DNA of 64,000 nt from the NCBI GenBank assembly GCA_044892525.1, contig CM097885.1:200756001-200820000 (forward strand). The letters run 5' to 3'. Shown here in pieces: positions 12,881 through 23,392 of this stretch (position 1 is its first letter; the number at the start of each line of letters is the position of its first letter). The notes under the pieces are model-generated. The model saw nothing but the letters and a program-made list of their open reading frames with translations, ran no database searches and was not told where the DNA came from. The stretch is from Schmidtea polychroa. Taxonomy: Eukaryota. A program made the translations under genes and the position numbers.

Positions 12881-13835
12881 TCATAATAATAATAATAATA
12901 ATAATTTATTAAACAGAGAGTTTGAAGACTATAAATCAGTAATATATCGATGTTTGTTGATACTCACGAATTTTCGGCACTGCCTTCTTCAGGTGAATTT
13001 GATCATTATTACATTTAATAATTATTGTTAGGGAAAAATAAATTTATTTCGTATTTTATAATAAATTTATTGGTTGGTTTAATTATATTTTATTTTTAAA
13101 TAACCAAATATTATTTCTTATTTTTTAAATTTTATAATTTAATTTAATTTTTAATCTTTTAATATTTTATTTTATAAAAAAAACCGTTTTTATATTTTAT
13201 ATATATATTTTTTTAATTTTAAATTTTAAATCTAATTAAATATTAATTTAGTTGAATGTTGATGGACGGTTTAAGTTTATTGATATAAAGAGTCTCCGCG
13301 GCTAATCTTTGCAATGAACTTTTGAACGCATCTTGTAACATTTTGCATTTTGTTTCGTGTAAGAGTGGTGCTGATTTGTGCACTTTTTTCCAGTGTTAGT
13401 GATAATTGCTGGTTTTGCTCTTGACGTGTTCGTTAAGTCTTGTTTGGAACGTTCTATGTGTTTCACCTATGTACGATGCGTTACATCTTGTGCAAGTAAT
13501 TTGGTAAACAATGTTCTTTGAGAAGCAGAAACATTTGGTGGAGGATTGGCATAAACAATCTCGATGAAATAGGTCTGATGTTAGAGCTTTTTGAGACTTA
13601 CGAAGCTGTGATTTCAAAGATGCAGCAGTTGTAAAAATTGGGCGAATATGAACTGGCAACTCCATATTGCGAATGTAAGCTCTGATTGTATTACATGTCC
13701 TATTGTTTTAAAAAGGGGATGCGTAGGTATATTACAGGCTTATTGACATGTTCCATTTGTGTATTATGCCTATTAGAGTTATATTCACTCAAAAAGTATT
13801 TTTCTACCAACTCCTTCAAACTCTCTGTTTAATAA

Positions 13836-13915
<80 letters not shown>
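12881..13915 (-). mobile_element. Truncated Penelope-like element with (ATT)n tail and an inverted copy of its 3' end
   Basis: Minus-strand GIY-YIG ORF (NIVYQITCTRCNASYIGETHRTFQTRLNEH). The 3' end cttcaaactctctgtttaataa(att)n occurs on minus at ~12927-12881 and on plus at 13814-13915. Confidence 0.82.
12963..12997 (-). ncRNA. Minimal type I hammerhead ribozyme motif (PLE type)
   Basis: Minus strand ttCAC-CTGAAGA-A-GGC agt GCC-GAAA-AT-TC|GTGag; palindromic AATT stem III. Confidence 0.7.
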
Positions 13916-15265
13916 GATACTGCGATTTTAGAAACAAAAATTATTTATCTATTAAGAGAAGCAATGAGTATGATTATTGTCAATATCATTGGATATAAAA
14001 TTTTAAGAACAATGTGAATATAAAGTGCAAATGCATTCTCGGAGGAAAAGAAGCATGGATATTTCATGATAATTAAAACTCAAATTGCAAACAAAAATTA
14101 TTAAATAAACACTAAAAGATGAAAAAGTATTCCACAATAAATGGTAACAAGGAAAAGTCTTTCGTATTCCAAATATTTTACAGGTTTGTTAATTATACCG
14201 CATGGAATTCGTATTATTTTCTATGTTGAAGTTTACTATTCTTCTTATCTTCATATTTTTCAGAATATTTTCAATACAGCTTAAAGCAAGGTTTTATAAC
14301 TGGAGCTATTAATAAATTGTTGAATATGACAATTGTACAGGAAATTTCATTAAACTCCAAATAATGATCAATGTATAAAACTCAAAAATAAGCCTAAGAA
14401 TGATTGTAATTTCATGTTAAATAAAATTTCACTTTAACTTTTATGAATTTTAAATCAACTGCCCTGTCATATGATGCGCTAATAAAGGAGATATATTAGA
14501 ATAACTCAATGGTTTTTACAATTTTTATCAGTGTAATTCTGTATAATTGGTAATCCTCTCAAACTATATTTTATTACTATAAATATAACTCTAACAATAT
14601 TTTTAAAATATTATTCTAAACAGTTCATAGGTAGCAGTAAACTTCTAAAATAATTCATTTTAAAAGGACGTTAAAAAATCACGATTTAAAGTATTTTTGA
14701 ATTAGATTGGAAATGTATATGCTAGAAATTAGTAGAAATATTTGAGAATTAAAAAATCAGAATAAAATAAATATCGAATAAACATGAAAGAAGAAAATAA
14801 AAAGATTGGAGATGACATAACGATATCAAGAAACATTTGATAACAAATGTTCAATTCAACGGATACGCTTTCAAAAATGTTCATATTGAATAAAATTTTT
14901 AGTGTTATTTTGTATAATTATTACCAAACATTTATATAAAGTGACTTCAATATAAAAAGGATGTTAGAGAGAAGGATTTGAGAAAACAACTTTAAGACAT
15001 GAATGCCCAAACTTTAACTGACTATTGCAAGAATATATCGTTTCTCTCAAAGAGAAGACCAACATGCATTCCAACAAGGATTTACTAAAGGGTATTATTT
15101 TGGATAATACTACCCGACAAAAATAACGATGACCAGAACAATTCGTATAATGTTCGACTATAAAAATAATAGTCCATTACGATAAGGATTATTTTTATAG
15201 TCGAAAATTTATTCATTTTATTGAATATATACTTCGCAGCAAAATGCTTATATTATCATCTAATT

Positions 15266-15624
15266 CAGAGATTTCCAACCGGTATGTCGCGACACTTTAG
15301 TGTGTCGGCAGCGCTGCATAGGTGTGTCGCGTGAACATAATGAAAAGCCAGAGTCCCTTAATTTTATAAACTTTTTAACGATTGTTAGACTGAAATACAA
15401 TACACATATATAGTCCGTCGTGTTTTAGCTGCAAGAACGCTTGTTTACCCTATTTATTAGTTAATCGTTGGAATTCGATATTTATATTTGTCTCTTGTAT
15501 AACGGTTTACCATATGGCGTAAATTGTATGACGTCTGGTTTTCTGGTAAAACTGCTTTGTTGTGTCGCGAAATGATGGAAGTCTAAAAAGTGTGTCAAAA
15601 GCATGAAAAGGTTGGAAAGCACTG
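15266..15624. mobile_element. hAT (Charlie-like) MITE, 359 bp
   Basis: TIRs CAGAGATTTCCAACC / GGTTGGAAAGCACTG; 8-bp TSD atctaatt/atttaatt (7/8). Confidence 0.85.
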
Positions 15625-15939
15625 ATTTAATTGATTAACATGTAAAGAAAACAATCATTGTAGAATTAATGGTAATTATTATTAAATTCCGTATATAAGC
15701 TGTTCCTAGATATGAATTAGTATTAGAAACGTCACAATTGCAAGATTACGCCAAAATAGATGACGTCAAGAGCATCCTCATAAAATTCGGTCAGTGAATT
15801 TATGAGTATTTTTCGATTCAATATCCAATAGTTCAATAATTTTCACTTGATAAAAAATTACTAACTTTCATTTTTATTTATTTTAATCCAAAGATATTTT
15901 GACATGTTAACTATATAAAACATGTAGTATCTTTTTCAA

Positions 15940-16060
15940 TAGATTAGCTTTTCAACAAAGAAACTTATCAATAAATATTTGCGATCAACAATAGGACTTT
16001 CAAGACTTTCGGATTTGGTTCTATTATCAATTGAAAGTGACACGGTGAAGGATATTGTTT
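15940..16060 (+). pseudogene. hAT transposase C-terminal dimerisation-domain remnant
   Basis: INKYLRSTIGLSRLSDLVLLSIE resembles the hAT consensus KNYLRSTMxQxRLxxLALLSIE. Confidence 0.6.
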
Positions 16061-16833
16061 AATCTGTTTGTTTCATTCATATGTCCTTATTAACTTTTTT
16101 ACTTATTTTACAAACAATACTATCAGCGATTATGTATGTTCTAATACAGTAACATTCGAGGGAGGTCCATGACTCCATGGTGTAAGTCTGGGCTATGGAG
16201 AGGTGACATCGACACAAGTGGTGCCTCTGAATTTGTCGCCAAATTAGTAGTAAGTCTTAAAAAGGCTAAGGAACACCTCATTATTGGTTACCCCGCTACA
16301 CAATTTGAAAATTACAGCCCTAGAGGAATTTATTTGAGACTCGCCTCGCACCTCAGTGAAGAGTTATTTAAACAAAGTAAATAGAAATCATACTCAAGAT
16401 CCATAAATTAGCTACTGCCTTGAACTGATAAATAATCAATAATCCGGTTCAAAATTGATTGAAAACAAAATTTTTGGTTTTTAATTTAGTTTTTTTTCAT
16501 TAGGTATAGTTAAATTAAATATTTAGATTAAACTTTAATTTCCGTTTATTGATTGATATAATTAGCATTATAGAAATAATTAATTAATAAAGCAGCCCCT
16601 CCCAATAATATGCTTCCAAAGTAATTTATTGTCATGTAACAAGACAGAAGAGGAACTAGCAAGGTTATTGCGCAATTACATTCGGGTATTTACTCAATCA
16701 TGTACACAAAAACAGAAATAAATTGAAATAATTTATAATCATAAAATTAAGTCTATCTTTAACAATTTAATTTAAAAGACTTAATTAAAGAATAATGATA
16801 TTTAAATATTTTAATAATTGAAATTATTTTAAC

Positions 16834-16927
16834 TTGTTTAGTAATATCATTGACAATGGGCTTTTTGAATTTTGCTAAATAATGATCAAATTGTAATTTA
16901 GCATCTTTTTCATCTGAACTTTCCGGG
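16834..16927 (-). CDS. RABGEF1: Rabex-5 exon 2
   Basis: 49-nt GT-AG intron (16976-16928), then in-frame PESSDEKDAKLQFDHYLAKFKKPIVNDITKQ; the 3' donor is the less certain boundary. Confidence 0.75.
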
Positions 16928-16976
16928 CTAGATAAAAGAAAAGATCAATTAATTGCTGAGAAAAACTGCAATTAAC

Positions 16977-17251
16977 CTTAAATCTAAATTAGGTTTGAAT
17001 AGATTCTTTACTGAATTCGGGCTTTTAATTGGAACAAATATACGTTTTTCTTCAGATTTTGTAATATGATTTAAAGATGTTTGTGAAGTTTCAAATGATA
17101 CATTTTTGGGCAATGTAGCTTTTTTTAGATAGACATTCCGAAAACAAACGGAGCAATAATAATGCCATGAAGGGTTACCATAAAATCCACAACCATTTTT
17201 ACAACGAAGATCTTTGTCATCAACTTTAATTGTAGAACGCTTACTGGACAT
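16977..17251 (-). CDS. RABGEF1: Rabex-5 exon 1 (A20-type zinc finger)
   Basis: MSSKRST...LRCKNGCGFYGNPSWHYYCSVCFR matches the A20 ZnF of Rabex-5; GT donor at 16976. Confidence 0.9.
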
Positions 17252-18009
17252 TCTTTGAAAATAGTATCACTGTAAAATCCAATTATTTATGTTAAATAAA
17301 AATGTTTAAATTTTAAATTATGAATTTAATATAATTGTTAAAGTGAACGTATAAAACAATCGAGACAAAGTATTTTGTTATAAAACGAATAGTAATTAAA
17401 TATAAAAACATTATAAAATGGCATAATTGAATATCTTTAAATTACATAAATTATATTTTTGAATTTAGATCTAAAAAATTCTATTAAAATAATAAATTTT
17501 TTTGAAATTAAAAATTAAAATACTTTATAATGCGAAAAAGAATTTCAAAAAGTTTATTATTTTTTCAAATAGTTCATTTTCTTTCATTGAAATATTCATG
17601 ATATTCTAAAATATAAACTCTATTATAACACATTAAAAATATATTAAACCGGAAAATTAGTAAATTTTTAGTTTATTTTTCTATTATTAAAGATAAATAA
17701 TAAATATTTCATTTTAAATCCCAGCGGCAGTCCTGTAAATTGTAAATATAACAATTTCCTAATCAGTTTTCGATAAGTTAAAATCATCTATTAGGCAAAG
17801 AACAGCTCCCTCCATTAAAAACTAATTAGTTCGGATTTTACAGTCACACTTGTAACTTAAATGTTACTTTTCTCATAACATCTTCGTCATTAGTGATAAT
17901 CAAGCTCACTTTTGTTGAATTTTATTGCGTGAATTTTACTTTTTGAATTTTACTGTTGACTGGATAGGACTTCGACGATTTAATTTAATTTATATAAATG
18001 AAAAAATAG

Positions 18010-19000
18010 TGTTGGGTTATTCAGTTGGTGATAAAATTTAATGTTACTCTGACTCCAAGCGTGTCTTTATATAATTCACAAATAACACTTGACAACAGAA
18101 ATCTTTATTGATAATTACAAATAAACTTTCACTTAACACTGACAATAATTTCAACACTCTGCTTGGTGACTATACAATGCTTATTGCAACACTCGGTGAG
18201 GAATAGCACTTATGTATAACACTGGAATAAAAGATCACAATTACTGATTGGTTTCTAAATTGGGATTTTGAGCTGGTTGTTTTCTTTGACTTTCTTCCTA
18301 ACTTTATTCAAAAAGTCAATAACTTCTTTTCGTTTTATTATTCAACTAATTCTTTTCTTCAACTCTTCTCCAATAATTATTTTCCACAATTATTTCCTTT
18401 ACAATTCTTTTGACAATCGTTTGTCCAACAACGTTTCGTCCAATGTCTAATTTTCTCCAATAATTTTATCTCTCAAATCGTCTCTCAAATCGTATTTTAA
18501 ATCGTTTTCAAATTTAGCGTCACTTTGTCTCTAATTTTCCTTCTAATTTTGTTGTCATTTCATGTTCACCAGTTTTCCCTTATATAGTTCGCTTCTCTTG
18601 TGGCACTCTAGATAATCAAGTGTTTTTCCACTTTCCTTCTCCTGCTTTTCCCGATTGTCCCATTTTCATCTCTGACAGCTGTCAAGTTGTTTTTCCCTTT
18701 TCCCTTTTTTGTTCGACCACCTTCTCCCATCAATTCTATTATCACTGGCAAGCTGTCGAGATAAGGATATTGTTGTTTACCTTTTTCCCTGATTTCAAAA
18801 TTCATTTTCCTTTTTGTACTAATTAATTAGTACTGACCTTGATTTTTATTTTCCTGTTTGATAACTTTTATTTCCTTTCTCTTTCTCATTTTCAATTTCT
18901 TTTCACTTCCGCTTTCTTTTCTGAGTTTCTATAGATCGTCCCGTTTGTCATGGCAATTTTATTTATTTCTTTATGAATTATTATTTAGGTATCCTCAACA
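18010..19000 (-). mobile_element. Solo-LTR-like element, 991 bp
   Basis: TGTTGGG...CCTCAACA; flanks atag/acag (3/4 TSD); minus-strand TATATAA at ~18583 and AATAAA at ~18105; homologous to 26.9-27.6 kb. Confidence 0.72.
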
Positions 19001-19103
19001 ACAGATATTTCAATTTTTTATATATTTTATTATAACAATCGCTAAATAATGGCATCGATTTAAATCTAACGAAAAGCACCAAATCCAATATATATATATT
19101 TTA

Positions 19104-19144
19104 CTACATTATATTTCGACAGAATCACTGTCATCTTCAGGTAG
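19104..19144 (-). ncRNA. Hammerhead motif with mutated cleavage-site U (PLE terminal fragment)
   Basis: CTAC-CTGAAGA-T-GACAG tgatt CTGTC-GAAA-TATA-AT-GTAG; position 16.1 is A instead of U. Confidence 0.6.
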
Positions 19145-20272
19145 AATTGAAATCAAACTAAATCAATATAAATTGCTCTTTTTTAAACAAACTAATTACT
19201 AATTCATTAATTTTTTTTAAATTAATTTCGCTAAAAATTTACAAAATTCTGTTTTTTATATTCAAACTTTAAAAATTATAAAAGTTTTGAAAGTTCTGGA
19301 TAACTGTCGACTGAGGGAATTGATTTATATCAGCAAGCACAGTTTTTTTTAGTCCTACATTTCAACGTTGGAAGGTGGTATCTAATTCCTGTTTTTTAAA
19401 CTTCGTGTTTATTTGTGGATTTCAATTCTTACTTAGATGGTTTTCGGATCTTGGTTATGAATATTTATGTCATGGGTGCAATGGGGTTCTGACACAACAA
19501 AGTTTCCTTCACCGATATCCAATTTTTTTACAATCATTAAAACATTTTCTCGTTGTTATCCACAAGCTTTTTTTACCTATAAACCGCTGATAAAAAATAA
19601 CATTTATTTAATTAGTGACATGAATTCACTTAATTTTCGTGCACTTCATTTGATCATTTTTTCTTATAAATAAGCAGCTTGTTTTTTGGCCTTTGAACGG
19701 CGCTTTTAGATACAGAAAATAGTTTGATATAGTTTCCAATTGTTGGCATATGTGGGGAAAGAAAATGTGCACACACAATTTCCCTACCTATCAAACGTCA
19801 GTATTCTGCTCAGACCATTCCCTCACACATTCCATATGATTATTCATATATTCCCACGTATGAGCCCGTGGTGATGTTCCACGTTGGTGATGCTCACACG
19901 GGTCGACAAAGGTTAGCAGGTGAGCCCCTGCCTTAGGACTACTCCTAACCCCTGCTCGGTTCGGGTCCTACGGTGCCTTAGAAGGTCTTACCCTTGTTAC
20001 TCATATAATTCAGTCCAACCTCGGTCCAAAGGGGACGACATTTGAGTTCATATCATATCTCCAAAATCACTTTCCTATTTAAATCAATCAACGCAATTCA
20101 CACATACAATTAACATACTCAAAGAAACCGAACAGTTGTATTGAAACAAACGATAACGAAAAAACATTTAAAGGGATATTCACTATTGACTGAATAACAA
20201 CCAAACATTGAAAATTATACGCCAGACAATGTCAAGTTCTTAGAGTTCTTTCTCAATGCAGGGAATCGAGAC

Positions 20273-21049
20273 TCATGAGAAAGGTTGTTGTGAGAATGCT
20301 TCTCCTTCCGCGAGCATTTCGTCAATATCGACGGGTAAATAGTGATCCGTGACATATTTAATTCCTCCCGCCGGAACTATCTTAAAAATCTCCTTGGAGG
20401 GAATTGAATGATTCGAGGATATTTCCTTTATGGTGGAGTTAGCTGCGGATAACGACGCTTTGAGAGCTGCCATCGCATCTCGGCGTTTCTGGTTTTTCTC
20501 GGCTCGGGTTGGACGTTTCCGTTTGCGAGATGATGGATGGTTATCCGCGTTCGAGGTGACGACAGGTGCTATTAAGATGGGAGCTAAGATTGAATCGGTA
20601 GGTCCACCTACCAAAGGTTGATAGCTCGATAACGTTGGAGCCGGAACTGGTGGCAAATATGAACCATGCCCTTGACAGCTGGTGGTAGTCAATTGAGGTA
20701 CTTGATGATGAAGCGGGAAGACATTTGTACCCTCCAAGACGGGAAACTCCCGCACCCGCTTGGCCAGTTCCGCCTCCGTATAAACTTTATGGAGGGCCTC
20801 GGACTGGGCTTTAATAGTCAGCCTTTGGCATCGGCTCTCTTCCAGTAGGCTGTCCCTACAGTGCTCCAGCCTGAGGATCTTAGCCTTTTCCTCCTTCATC
20901 TGTGGCGGGGAGAACCACGTTCCTTCATAAAGATCTATCCTCTTCTTGAGGGCCCCTATATATAAATGAAGTTGCGCGATGTCCGAGTTCTTGTCAGAGC
21001 AAGAGAAACACGGACGAAGTTCTTTGGATTTATTGGATGGTGCTGTCAT
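20273..21049 (-). CDS. Unknown 258-aa protein carried by element A
   Basis: Intact ORF starting immediately after an acceptor (ttctag|ATG); homologs at 41940-42664 and ~31345-31597. Confidence 0.75.
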   Translation of the reverse strand: MTAPSNKSKELRPCFSCSDKNSDIAQLHLYIGALKKRIDLYEGTWFSPPQMKEEKAKILRLEHCRDSLLEESRCQRLTIKAQSEALHKVYTEAELAKRVREFPVLEGTNVFPLHHQVPQLTTTSCQGHGSYLPPVPAPTLSSYQPLVGGPTDSILAPILIAPVVTSNADNHPSSRKRKRPTRAEKNQKRRDAMAALKASLSAANSTIKEISSNHSIPSKEIFKIVPAGGIKYVTDHYLPVDIDEMLAEGEAFSQQPFS

Positions 21050-23337
21050 CTAGAAAATAAATCATGTTTCACACTTAAAAGCAACAATCATTATCCTATT
21101 AGTTGAAATTAGAACCTATACTCAGAAAATTCATCCATCACGCCAATCAACAGCATCTACTAAGATGACTTGTTTCACTCATCCGCACATTCCACATTCA
21201 GTCATTTACGAAACAGCATTCAACCGCATTGCTTTAATCAAGATACTCAAGAGAAGAAGACGGGGAATATTAAATTCAATTTATTACTGAAAAATCTTCA
21301 ATTTACTCTATATAATAAGGAGTTGTATGTTAATTTCTATCTCAGTGTTAACCCTAAGGTTCATAATGACGAGTTAAAATTTAACAAATGCAATAATATG
21401 TGGAAGTTAAATTATATCATTAACGTGGAAAAATTCAAATTATGCCAAAATGCATCGAAAGTTAAATTATACAAAATTTGTAACCGGCGCTATATTCGTC
21501 GTCATGGTGACGTCTACTTGTGTGTGTGGGTGCATCAAACTCTCAGTGCTGGCGATGCGAGTTCGTGTGCCTAGGTACGATAATTTCAACTCACGCTTTT
21601 TCTCATAGTGTTCATTTCATCTACCTCAGTGTAACAGATGTCATCTACTCATTCGTACTACCCACTGTCTCTTTCTCTCCAGGAGCTGTCGTCAATTATT
21701 ATGTAATACTACTATTATGGATGAAATCTATTGCCTAACTCGAATTGTCGTTTAGTGGAGAAGAGATTAACTATGGGGTGTATAAGTGCGTGTAATGTAC
21801 GAGTCCTAGTGGCTTATCACTTTGTCGGAGACGTCATGAGTAATTTGTCGTAGATACAGCACTACCATAAGACTGACAGAAAATTCGAACTGGAATGGAC
21901 AACCTAACTCTCTTATCATACGATCGGCTCTAATCAACATCTACCTACGCATCTACACAGTCAGCTCGGTATGTACATCAGTCGGTGCTTATCTCTGTCA
22001 GAGTTTCGTCGGGTATTCAATTCGGGCGGTTATCATCTGCCTAGACTTCACTCCTCAATTCACTGATAATTCTCACAGCGATTCCCTTGATTCAAATAAT
22101 AATTAACTGATAAGTCTGATAGCGATTTCTTGCGCTTTTGTAGAAAGTACTCTGATAGCTTCTCCTGGTTTATTTACTCGATTTTCGGGAAAACGACGCT
22201 TATCGAAAATTCAAGGTCGACAATCTCACTTAAAGTACATCGGCGAACGGGTGTGGGCGCTAATGTCCTCCTGATCTAAATCGAATGATGTCTCAAGAAC
22301 GGTCTATTGCCGGATTCCATTTAGAGCTATTGGTGTTGTGAGCAACAAAGATTCATTCTGACCACTCTGATCGACAAGCGGATATCGGACACAAGAAAAT
22401 GCTCTCTTATCGAGGTGGATTTTTATTAACAAGTTGCAAATGTAACTGTGCTTTTCTTTTCAATCAGAATCGTCGTTTGGAAATCTAAGTTGTCTCCACA
22501 TTTCTCAGAAGAACCGGTTAACTGGATATAATGACAAAGAAAAATTCTACAAGCGATCGTGATCGGTGAAGGAAATTCTCACTGTGCAATTAAATTCTCT
22601 AAGCTCCTGAGTTTCCTCACCCCTCATGACCACCCAAGAAGGCATTCATTGCTGCCGCCGTTCTTGCACCGTCATGAGGGACAAATCGACCCTTTCACAT
22701 TTCGATAATCAAAATTCACATGCAATTATAATGATGATAGATAATAAATAAAAACAAATTACCAGACGACCATATCATTTGGACTCCAAGTGTGATGCTC
22801 CCTCATTCCCAAATCACCAGTTCAAATCCAGCATTAATTAGTACTTTCTCAATTTACGTCAATTCTCCTCCATTCCAAAAATTTCGCAGCATCTTCGTGA
22901 CGCATGTCATAGCAATTCTTCGCGTCTACGCTCTCGCATTGGCATCACACTTGAAGTTACCAGAGGATACAGTCGTCGGCACCATGAAGAAAAAGCCATT
23001 ATGTTTTAAATAAAGCTTTATTAACGAAATTATTCTTGTCTATTCATAAAAATTTATTAACAAATAATCATAAATATATATTAAATTCAATCCTATCAAT
23101 CATCAATAACTTAACATACCTTGAGTTCGAATTACTAGATCAAATCGGTTGATGCTAAAATGTTCTCCTGGATAAATTTAATGATGGTTCACTGTAAGTC
23201 CTTTTCTAAAATCGGTTTTGAATTAGTCTTCTGTAATAGCTGTAAGTAAGTCTTGAAATCTACAATCTGTAGAGATTTTGTTAAAGTGGTCGTGATTAAT
23301 GGAAATATTTTTACCTGTAGAGATTTTGTTAAAGTGG

Positions 23338-23392
23338 TACTCTACTAATTTTTCGCGTTTCTTATATACTATTTTTCGTCCAATCAGGACGC
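23338..23392 (-). promoter_or_regulatory. CCAAT + TATA promoter of element A, pointing inward
   Basis: Minus strand ctgattggac...gtatataag; same arrangement in element C (~44837-44895). Confidence 0.6.

Noticed and set aside
12730-14017. Poly-Ile and poly-Tyr ORFs (12730-12912, 13748-14017)
   Set aside because: Translations of (ATT)n microsatellites.
16169-16384. 71-aa plus-strand ORF in Rabex-5 intron 2
   Set aside because: No recognisable domain; the WC dipeptide echo in the cassette introns is too weak.
21170-23013. Plus-strand ORFs inside the long intron of element A, and ORFs 43443-43631 and 44262-44456 in C
   Set aside because: Not conserved between A and C; no RT, IN or gag motifs seen.
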